A stretch of 64,000 nt of DNA from an uncultured Opitutia bacterium (GTDB lineage Bacteria > Verrucomicrobiota > Verrucomicrobiia > Opitutales > CAJWYM01), in assembly GCA_913049555.1 (NCBI GenBank), contig CAJWYM010000006.1, forward strand, positions 2,125-66,124, given 5' to 3'. Below, piece after piece: positions 38,997 through 47,011 of the stretch. The notes beneath the pieces are model-generated. The model ran no database searches, was not told the DNA's origin, and worked only from the letters and a program-made list of their open reading frames with translations. Within the stretch, counting starts at the first letter, position 1. The number at the start of each line of letters is the position of its first letter. The translations under genes and the position numbers were made by a program.

Positions 38997-40264
38997 ATGT
39001 CCTTTTTTTGCAGGATATTTTTGGAAACCTCGATTCCTGCATTCAAAGCATCTTCATGAAAACCATTGCCAAAATAACTACCACAGAAAAAGAGGGAACC
39101 GTTTTCATTCAATTTGCTTAGATTTGGCTGAGTTTTGAGTGTTTCCAAACTGTAGCGTGGATGCTCATAGGTAGATTGCCAATGGATTTTGTTGGGGTTC
39201 AATAACTTTGGGCTGTAATCTATACTTACGAAATAGTTCTTAGTTGTATCAAGGGATTGTAGATTGTTCATCCAATAATGAGTGGAACCCAAGGCCCGGT
39301 TTTCTTTTTGCTCTATTCTGTAATTCCAAGATGCCCATGCTCTCCTAGAACTAGGCATCACAGAGTCATCGCTGTGGAGAACCGCTGTGTTGATGTTGTA
39401 TTTAAAAGGGCTCAAAAGTTCTTTCTGATGTGCGGTTGGATGTTCCAGCATAAGTCGAGCTTGATCGGCATGAGTGGCAATGATCACTTTGTCGAAACTT
39501 CGCTTTTCCCCGTTTTGGTTGGTAACATTGAATTTGTCTTTAAAACGACTAACGGAGCGAATTTTTGAATTCAACCAGATCTCAGGTTTGGATTCCTCTA
39601 GAAGAGTTTTTTTATAATTCTGGCTTCCTCCCTGAACGGTTCGCCATTGAAACTGAGTGCCAACCCCTAAAAGCCCATGATTACTCATGAATTGAAACAA
39701 CGAAAGAACCGGGTAATCTTTCATGTTAGAGGTAGGGGAAGACCAAATAGCAGCGATCATGGGCAGTAAAAACCATTCAGCCAATTCTTTGCCATACTTG
39801 CGAGAGATTATAAAATCATGGAGCGTAAGGTTTGCACAATCTTTGGATGCTAAAACCGATTGCGAATCTTTGAAAAAACGCAAAATGTCTTTAATCATGA
39901 ACACAAATTTGGGGTTTAACAAATTTTGTCTTTGAGCAAAGATAGTATTCAAAGAGCTGAAAGACATTTCATGGCCAGACAATAAATTTTGAACTCCAAA
40001 AGACATAGAAGTTTCATAACTTTTGACATTCAAACGACTGAACAACTCAAGCAAATTGGGATAAGTGTAGTCATTAAAGACCATGAATCCTGTGTCTATT
40101 GGGATAGATTTACCGGCTTCTTTGATTGTGACGGTATTGGTATGCCCTCCTAAATAGTTGTTTTGGTCTATGAGAGTAAGATCAAATTCTTTGCCTAAAA
40201 AATAGCAACACGACAACCCTGCAATACCAGATCCTATGATTCCGATGGACTCTTTATGATTCAT
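38987..40264 (-). CDS. FAD-dependent oxidoreductase, amine-oxidase/phytoene-desaturase fold (UfaD-like by context)
   Basis: IGIIGSGIAGLSC dinucleotide-binding motif, GGHTNT. C-terminal FFCGSYFGNGFHEDAL. Confidence 0.85.
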   Translation of the reverse strand: MNHKESIGIIGSGIAGLSCCYFLGKEFDLTLIDQNNYLGGHTNTVTIKEAGKSIPIDTGFMVFNDYTYPNLLELFSRLNVKSYETSMSFGVQNLLSGHEMSFSSLNTIFAQRQNLLNPKFVFMIKDILRFFKDSQSVLASKDCANLTLHDFIISRKYGKELAEWFLLPMIAAIWSSPTSNMKDYPVLSLFQFMSNHGLLGVGTQFQWRTVQGGSQNYKKTLLEESKPEIWLNSKIRSVSRFKDKFNVTNQNGEKRSFDKVIIATHADQARLMLEHPTAHQKELLSPFKYNINTAVLHSDDSVMPSSRRAWASWNYRIEQKENRALGSTHYWMNNLQSLDTTKNYFVSIDYSPKLLNPNKIHWQSTYEHPRYSLETLKTQPNLSKLNENGSLFFCGSYFGNGFHEDALNAGIEVSKNILQKKDIWK

Positions 40265-40313
40265 TTGCCTTTAAATAGAACTGAATGGAACAAAAATTAG
40301 AAATTTCTGTAAT

Positions 40314-41297
40314 TTACAAATCTCTGTCTAAAGGTAACTGAATGTTTTCATGAGCACACAACTGAACAATTGAATTTTCAATTATTTCTAATGCCTGAGA
40401 AGAGTGAAGAGTGAGAGTTTTGTGAAGGGCTTCGTCTTGCGTGTCTTTGTTTTCGCAATTTTTCGAATATTCGACGAAGTTCACCAATGAGAGGGCTAGA
40501 GAACTGATATGATTGGGGCACTCACAATCTAAATTGTTGTTTACTTCTTGTAAGAAATAAAGTTGTTTGTCGGTTAGTTGCCTTCGAGGGGAAAGATTTT
40601 CATGGTTCTCAATCGTGGATGAGTTTTCAACGGCTTCTGAATTTTGTATAATTTCCTTCAAATAACGATCCGTCAGTAACTGAGGTAGATTGGTTCGTAT
40701 GATTTCAATTTTGTTGTCCAAGAGCAATTGAAGTTCTCTTCTAGGGGCAAAATCATAAAAAATAACTACAGTATGGTTGGGAAGCTCCGACTTCAATTCA
40801 AGAATGGAGTCAGTAAGATTTTCACCTCTCAACTCATTGTAATCAATCAGGTGTGTCACCTTCTCATGTTTACTGCTTTGTTCAGAGATCAGAAGTTCAT
40901 TCAATTTGTTGTATGCTTGGAGAACAATGTAATTGTTTTGATAGTGCTGAATCCGGTTTAAGAAAAATTTACCAGTAATGGTGATTGCTTCTTTGGTGAA
41001 ATTTTGAACTTTCTTTTCAAAATGAGACCTTTGTCGAGAAGCATTGATCATAAGTTCTTCAAGTTTGCTTACTTCCAAGTTGGCTAAGTCTCGAACCGAC
41101 ATTCCGGAATCTGAAAGGGTTTTAATGATCCTTAACTTGTCCACAGCGTAATCATCGTAAAACCTACGACCAGTTTCAGACCTTGTGGACAAATTTTGAA
41201 AATACCTTCTTTCCCAAGTTCGTATAGTGTTTACAGAAATATTGGTCAACTTGGACGTAGTTCCAATTGTATACAAATCTTTAGTATTTTGAATCAT
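40314..41297 (-). CDS. MerR-family transcriptional regulator with a roughly 250-aa uncharacterised C-terminal domain
   Basis: YTIGTTSKLTNISVNTIRTWERRY HTH and a coiled-coil linker. The rest has no motif I recognise. 49 nt upstream of the lipid-modification operon on the same strand. Confidence 0.75.
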   Translation of the reverse strand: MIQNTKDLYTIGTTSKLTNISVNTIRTWERRYFQNLSTRSETGRRFYDDYAVDKLRIIKTLSDSGMSVRDLANLEVSKLEELMINASRQRSHFEKKVQNFTKEAITITGKFFLNRIQHYQNNYIVLQAYNKLNELLISEQSSKHEKVTHLIDYNELRGENLTDSILELKSELPNHTVVIFYDFAPRRELQLLLDNKIEIIRTNLPQLLTDRYLKEIIQNSEAVENSSTIENHENLSPRRQLTDKQLYFLQEVNNNLDCECPNHISSLALSLVNFVEYSKNCENKDTQDEALHKTLTLHSSQALEIIENSIVQLCAHENIQLPLDRDL

Positions 41298-41514
41298 GAT
41301 TTCAATTATGATTCAGATGATACTAAGGTCAATAAGTAACTCATAAATTAGTCTTTAAATATACTCAAAATTAATTCAAAAAAAACCCAACTTTAAAAAA
41401 AAGAGCTTTAAATAGCTTTGAAGTAATAGTGAATCGTTTTAATGGATAAGAAATTTTACGGACATGATTCCAAGAAATGAGAATTGGAACCATCAATGGG
41501 CTTGGAATTTCAAT

Positions 41515-43089
41515 TTACGGTTTTCTTTTTAGACTCACATTTGCATTTCTCTGGATGTTTGGATAAACTTTTGAAAGTTCAGTTAAAAAATTACCTTCAA
41601 GCTGTAACCTGAAATCAGACCAAGGAGTGGGCTCATTTATGGTCGATTTTATCTCAACAGTCTTTCCTAGTTCCTCTAACCAACTTTTTAAACGCTGGCT
41701 TAAATCCTCTTGAACTTCTTTGTATTTGGGATTGTTAAACAAGTTGTCATTCTCCTCGGGATCTTGATTCAAGTCATACAATTCTCCAATGATTGGATTG
41801 CGATCAAAAAATTCGGAGTTTCGAAGAAAATGATCCCTTGGCAACTTGGATTCTAGGAGAGATTGTTCTCCGTAATAAGTGTATTTCCAGTTTTTGTGAC
41901 GAATCATAAATGCGGGTTGATCCATAATTGCATGACTGATGTAGGTAGAAAAAACCGAATCTTTGTGAAAATCGTTCTTTTGATTTATGTAAGGAACAAG
42001 ACTTTTCCCGTGTAAATTTTCAGGAATTTCTATACCCACAAGGTCCAAGAGGCTCGGCAATAAATCAACGTTTTCGGTGAAGCTCGATTTCCGCGTGTTG
42101 CCGAATTTTTGTCCAGGAAGCTTGATGAGTAGAGGAATTCGAACTACTGGCTCATACAGGTGCCCCCACTTTTCAATAGACCCTTGCTCTCCCATCATAG
42201 CTCCATGGTCGGAAGTGAAAATGATAATAGAATCGTCGTACAAATTTTTATCTTTAAGCTTTTGAATAACTCTACCAACCCGATCGTCGTTGTGGGAGAT
42301 TAAACCATAGTAGCTTGCTTTTGCTTTTTGGTAGTCCTCCTCGGAGAGGTGGTGAAATCCTCTAGCACGGTAGAAAAACTCTTGGATCTGTGGTTTTTGA
42401 CTGTAGTCGGGTCTCCAATTTTCAGGAAGTCGAACGGACTCGGATGCATACAGATCAGAGTACTTTTTTATCGGAAAGTAAGGAGAATGTGGATCCCACA
42501 ATGAGAGGCGGTAGAAGGATGGAGGAGAAGATTCATTCAGTTTTTCAATCGATTGCAGGTATCTCCCAGTATTGATGGAGTCCATGGTTTCTTCTTCTTT
42601 TAATCCATTGATTCCATGAATGATGAGACTCAGTAATCCTTCATTTTTTTTATAAGACGATCTAGATCTAAGCTCCGGGTCTGTGACCCCAAAACAAGTA
42701 ACCTGAGCTGACAATCCTTCGTTTCCACTTTTATTGTAATTCCAGCCCCATTTTTCTGCGGGTTTATTAGTATGCCATTTTCCAAATGAGACGGTATTGT
42801 ATCCATAGTCCTGAAAGGAATTGAATAAAGATTTTTCGTCTTCCAAAGGGGTGAATGAATTGTCAAGGGCTCCGTGACTCATTGGATGACGGCCTGTAGC
42901 AATACTGACTCTTGATGGCACACACATGGGACTTGCACAATATGCATTTTCAAAAATAATGGAATCTTTCGAAAGTGCATCGATAAAAGGGGTTTTTACG
43001 ATCGAGTCTCCTGCATACCCTAAGGTGTCTGCTCTGAGTTCATCACAAATGATAAAGAAAATGTTAGGTTTTTTCGATTTTATACTCAT
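41515..43089 (-). CDS. Sulfatase-family enzyme (canonical CVPSR motif) without a signal peptide
   Basis: NIFFIICDELRAD, MCVPSRVSIATGRHP, FGKWH, FTSDHGAMMGE, LYDLNQDPEENDN. Confidence 0.9.
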   Translation of the reverse strand: MSIKSKKPNIFFIICDELRADTLGYAGDSIVKTPFIDALSKDSIIFENAYCASPMCVPSRVSIATGRHPMSHGALDNSFTPLEDEKSLFNSFQDYGYNTVSFGKWHTNKPAEKWGWNYNKSGNEGLSAQVTCFGVTDPELRSRSSYKKNEGLLSLIIHGINGLKEEETMDSINTGRYLQSIEKLNESSPPSFYRLSLWDPHSPYFPIKKYSDLYASESVRLPENWRPDYSQKPQIQEFFYRARGFHHLSEEDYQKAKASYYGLISHNDDRVGRVIQKLKDKNLYDDSIIIFTSDHGAMMGEQGSIEKWGHLYEPVVRIPLLIKLPGQKFGNTRKSSFTENVDLLPSLLDLVGIEIPENLHGKSLVPYINQKNDFHKDSVFSTYISHAIMDQPAFMIRHKNWKYTYYGEQSLLESKLPRDHFLRNSEFFDRNPIIGELYDLNQDPEENDNLFNNPKYKEVQEDLSQRLKSWLEELGKTVEIKSTINEPTPWSDFRLQLEGNFLTELSKVYPNIQRNANVSLKRKP

Positions 43090-43286
43090 ATTTTTAAAAA
43101 TTTAAAGGACGAAAATTCGGCATCTAATGTCAAAGCTGCTTCTAATAATAATACTATATAAATTAAAATTGGCAAATAATGGATCTACGCAAGCATTTAA
43201 ATATTACTTATTAATTAGCTTCTACATTCAATAGATTTTATATTTAAAAGATCTTTTTTTTAGAATATAAAGCTTTTATCAATACA

Positions 43287-44018
43287 ATGAACTCTAAAAA
43301 GACTGCTGCACCAGCCCTAGAGCGTGGGTTAACCATTTTGGAATATCTCCAAGCATCTGGCAAAGCTGTGACAGTCGCTCATTTGTCTAAAATTTTGAAG
43401 ATTCCATTGGCTTCAACCAATAGAATTGTTCAACTTTTAAAAGATAGAAATTACCTTCTAAAAACAGCAGATACCTATTCGATCAATGAGGCTATTTTTT
43501 TAATTCCATCCATTGGAATTAGGAATCAGTTGAAACAAATTGTTCCTCCATTTGTAGAGCAGATCGCAAGAGCTAGTAAGAACACTACAATTTTTCTTTG
43601 TTGGAGATCCGATCGGTGGGAATGCATTGCCAATTCGACTGCTGAATATTCTATTGCAATGCAAGCGGAGGGAGAAATTCGTCTCGATATTTGGAATTAT
43701 CCTTGGAGTATTTATTTGATTGGAGATCCTTCTTTGCAAAATTCTTGGAATCATTTAGAGGAGGATCATAAAAGAAAATGGATGGATCAGAAATCAAAAA
43801 TGACTGCGTCATTCAATGAATCTAAATTCCTATTTGAAAATTTCTTTCGACATGTCAGGCGCGTGACTTATCCAGTATTTAATAAGGAACAAAAATTTGT
43901 AGGTGCATTTGGGGTTGGAGGTCCAACTGCACTTCTGGATGATTCTATGGTTGAGAATCTCAGTCCTTTATTAAAAATGCTAACAAAAGAAATTCAATCT
44001 CAATTGGTTGAATTATAA
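43287..44018 (+). CDS. IclR-family transcriptional regulator
   Basis: APALERGLTILEYL...VTVAHLSKILKIPLASTNRIVQLL winged-HTH typical of IclR. Divergent from the sulfatase gene. Confidence 0.7.
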   Translation: MNSKKTAAPALERGLTILEYLQASGKAVTVAHLSKILKIPLASTNRIVQLLKDRNYLLKTADTYSINEAIFLIPSIGIRNQLKQIVPPFVEQIARASKNTTIFLCWRSDRWECIANSTAEYSIAMQAEGEIRLDIWNYPWSIYLIGDPSLQNSWNHLEEDHKRKWMDQKSKMTASFNESKFLFENFFRHVRRVTYPVFNKEQKFVGAFGVGGPTALLDDSMVENLSPLLKMLTKEIQSQLVEL

Positions 44019-44051
44019 AGGAACCAAGATTTTCACTCAAACGAGTCCAAG

Positions 44052-45458
44052 TCAAAACTTGCGAATTTTTATCGCTCCCGGGTTTTCCAAAAACTTCAGG
44101 GCTATTTTGAAGAAATCGTAGTCAAATGGAGTGTCCGAAACAGTCAAGATTTCATGGATCTCGTCATCGCTCTCGCCACTTCCCAAATAAATCCACTTTC
44201 TGAAAATGTGGATTGCTTTGGATCCAGTGATTGGACAAATCTCTTCAAAGCCTAAGGACCCATCAATAGGCCATTTGGCCAGCTTCTTGGGATTTAATAT
44301 TTTTAACAACTGGAAAAAATGTTTTTGTGGAGTGATTTCATGGACGCAGGCGCCTGAACATTTTTTAATTTGATAACTGAAGCAAGGCCCTTTGACGGAA
44401 TTTTCAATCCCAGTTAGTTGATCGCAAAGTTTATTTTCTGAAACCATATTTGCCAAAAATTTCTTTGCTGTCTGAATCGATCTAAAAAGACCATAACAAT
44501 CTGGGATTGATTTTTTACAAACATTTTTTAAATCCAGAATCTCTAATTGAGGAATTTGGTCGTACCCCTTCAAATGAAAAGTTTTATAGAGTTGGTTTCC
44601 TTTTAATTTTTTGTTGTAGAGGGGTGATTTTAGTTTTACCCAAGTAGCTTCTGTTAAAAGAGAATGCATTTCTCCCATTGTACTTTGATATTCAATTCGG
44701 TTTAAAGAACCGATCATTGCTTTGGATCGATCTGATTTTAAGTTGGAGAAGTGAGAGAGCACCCGTTTACGAATATTCTTACTCTTTCCAATATAAGTTA
44801 AGATCGCATTTTTGTCATAGAATTCATAAACGCCATGGGAATCTGGAAGGTCATCAATCTGTTCATAATCCAAATTAGGGGGCAAAGATGGCATTTTTAA
44901 TTGAAAGTCAATTGCTGCCTCAAAGGAATCTTTCTCAAAACGATTTTTACAAAGGTCAAAGAAAGATTTTGTAGCTTCAATATCATCCATTGCCCTGTGT
45001 CGCTCTTTGCATCGGAAGTTGAAGTTATTTATAATAGAATCTAAGCTATGACTTCTAGCTTCGGGGAAAAGTTTTCTAGAGAGTTGAACGGTGCAGAATT
45101 TTCTCGACTTGTAGGGCAGTCCAATTCTTTGAAATTCCGAGCGAATAAAGTGATAGTCAAATCCTACATTGTGAGCAACAAAGATAGCGCCATCAATGTA
45201 GGAGTAGAGTTTTTGAGCAATTTCATTGAATCTGGGGGCATCCAAAACCATGTTGTTGGTAATGTGAGTGATTGCTGTAATATGATTGGGTATCACACAA
45301 TCGGGATGGATAAGACTTTGCCATCTGTCTTCTTTTCCGCTTGGATGAACAACAATCAGTGCAATTTCAATAATCCGATTCTTTGTTTGTCGACCCCCCG
45401 TGGTTTCGATGTCGACAAATACCCACTTTTTATCTTTCCAGCTCATTTTTCCAAGCAA
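44052..45458 (-). CDS. DnaQ-type 3'-5' exonuclease fused to a GIY-YIG (UvrC/Cho-like) nuclease domain
   Basis: FVDIETTG, AHNVGFDYHFI and HRAMDDIEAT (DEDDh), then GVYEFYDKNAILTYIGKSKNIRKRVLSHF (GIY-YIG). Confidence 0.82.
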   Translation of the reverse strand: MLGKMSWKDKKWVFVDIETTGGRQTKNRIIEIALIVVHPSGKEDRWQSLIHPDCVIPNHITAITHITNNMVLDAPRFNEIAQKLYSYIDGAIFVAHNVGFDYHFIRSEFQRIGLPYKSRKFCTVQLSRKLFPEARSHSLDSIINNFNFRCKERHRAMDDIEATKSFFDLCKNRFEKDSFEAAIDFQLKMPSLPPNLDYEQIDDLPDSHGVYEFYDKNAILTYIGKSKNIRKRVLSHFSNLKSDRSKAMIGSLNRIEYQSTMGEMHSLLTEATWVKLKSPLYNKKLKGNQLYKTFHLKGYDQIPQLEILDLKNVCKKSIPDCYGLFRSIQTAKKFLANMVSENKLCDQLTGIENSVKGPCFSYQIKKCSGACVHEITPQKHFFQLLKILNPKKLAKWPIDGSLGFEEICPITGSKAIHIFRKWIYLGSGESDDEIHEILTVSDTPFDYDFFKIALKFLENPGAIKIRKF

Positions 45459-45466
45459 AACTTATA

Positions 45467-46444
45467 TCACCGAGGTAGTTTTTCGCGGATCAAATTTTCA
45501 ATCAGTCGATCGGTGGTAAGATTTTCTGCAAGAGAATGATAATTCAATAAGATTCTGTGGCGTAGAATCGCAGGGGTTACAAATTTTATATCCTCACGAT
45601 CCACATGATAACGACCTGACAAGGCAGCTCTAGCTTTCGCTGCGGAGAGTATCCATTTGGAAGCTCGTGGACCCGCACCCCATTCAACAAATTGGTTCAC
45701 TTCTTTAGTAGAGCCTTCTCTTCCTGGGCGAGTAGAAGCGACTAGACGGATAATTTCATCGACTAAATCTTCAGCACAAAGAATGTGTTGAACGGCATGC
45801 TGGATTTTCTGTAAGTGCTCGATGCCCGCTATGGGTTGTATGGATTCACTTTCAGGGTCGTTTCGCAAGAGTGCTATTTTTTTTTCGTCCTCCAAACTAG
45901 GATAATCGAGTATTAGTTTGAATAAAAAACGATCTAATTGTGCTTCTGGTAAAGGGTAGGTTCCCTCTTGTTCGATTGGATTTTGGGTTGCAAACACAAA
46001 AAAAGGGTCGGGTGTTTTGTGGGAATTTTGAGCGACAGTCACGGACTTTTCTTGCATGGATTCCAAAAGTGCAGCTTGGGTTTTAGGAGGGGTTCGGTTG
46101 ATCTCATCTGCCAAAACAATATTGGCGAACAGGGGCCCTTCAATAAATTTGAAGTCTTGTTTTTCTTCATTGTAAAAGAGGCTCCCGGTTATGTCCGAGG
46201 GCATAAGATCTGGAGTAAACTGAATGCGCTTAAACTTTAAACCCGCCGCCTTTGCCAAAGATCGAACAAAAAGAGTTTTTGCCAGACCGGGTACTCCCTC
46301 AAGCAAAACATGTCCCCCTGTGAGAAAGGCAATATCCAGATGCTCTAATTCAGAGTGGAATCCAATGACCGATTTTTTCAGTTCGTCATGGATTGCAGAG
46401 CAAAAGCCTCTGGCTTGGTCAATGTACTCTTTATTTTTATCCAT
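45467..46444 (-). CDS. MoxR-family AAA+ ATPase
   Basis: LLEGVPGLAKT Walker A, LADEINRTPPKTQAALLE, ATQNPIEQEGTYPLPEAQLDRF. Confidence 0.92.
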   Translation of the reverse strand: MDKNKEYIDQARGFCSAIHDELKKSVIGFHSELEHLDIAFLTGGHVLLEGVPGLAKTLFVRSLAKAAGLKFKRIQFTPDLMPSDITGSLFYNEEKQDFKFIEGPLFANIVLADEINRTPPKTQAALLESMQEKSVTVAQNSHKTPDPFFVFATQNPIEQEGTYPLPEAQLDRFLFKLILDYPSLEDEKKIALLRNDPESESIQPIAGIEHLQKIQHAVQHILCAEDLVDEIIRLVASTRPGREGSTKEVNQFVEWGAGPRASKWILSAAKARAALSGRYHVDREDIKFVTPAILRHRILLNYHSLAENLTTDRLIENLIREKLPR

Positions 46445-46516
46445 TTTAGATTCAGATAATTAAAGGCCTATGAAATCTAGGATCTGGCGTTTCAAAGTAG
46501 AGAGAGACCCCTCCAC

Positions 46517-46897
46517 TTAAAGCCTAGCAATCGACTCAATTTCTACCGCAACTCCTTTTGGCAATCCAGCAACTGCTATCGTGCTACGAGCCGGTCGATG
46601 AGTTCCAAAAGCCTTTGCATACACCTTGTTGACAGCAGCAAAATCATTCATGTCCGTTAAAAAGAGAGTGGTTTTAAAAATGTTGTGGAGGGTCAGTCCT
46701 TGAGATTTTAATACCCCTGCCATATTGGAGAGAACAAGCTCTGCCTGTTTGCCTACATCCCCTTCAAAAAGACACAATTCTTGGTTTTTGGGATCAATGG
46801 GAATCTGTCCTGAAAGGTAAATCAAATTGTTCAATTGAACTGCTTGAGAGTAAGGGCCTACTGCTTCAGGTGCTAAATTAGTATTAATAAATTCCAT
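46517..46897 (-). CDS. ridA: RidA/YjgF-family enamine/imine deaminase
   Basis: APEAVGPYSQAV...SGQIP...RPARSTIAVAGLPKGVAVEIE. Length 126 aa. Confidence 0.9.
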   Translation of the reverse strand: MEFINTNLAPEAVGPYSQAVQLNNLIYLSGQIPIDPKNQELCLFEGDVGKQAELVLSNMAGVLKSQGLTLHNIFKTTLFLTDMNDFAAVNKVYAKAFGTHRPARSTIAVAGLPKGVAVEIESIARL

Positions 46898-47011
46898 CTT
46901 TATGATACTAGTGAGAAGATTGGATCGCTCAAGTTATAAAATTATGGAATTTTATGGGAGTGATTGGTTTCGAAGGTTGTTTTACTTGAGATTTATTGAA
47001 TACTGTTCTCT

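Noticed and set aside
40314-41297. CarH/LitR class I (cobalamin-binding) photoreceptor assignment for the MerR protein
   Set aside because: No E/DxHxxG B12-binding signature or Rossmann-like B12 domain pattern is visible in the C-terminal region.
45048-45539. 163-aa plus-strand ORF overlapping the exonuclease/GIY-YIG gene and the end of the MoxR gene
   Set aside because: It is antisense to two motif-supported genes and has no recognisable features.
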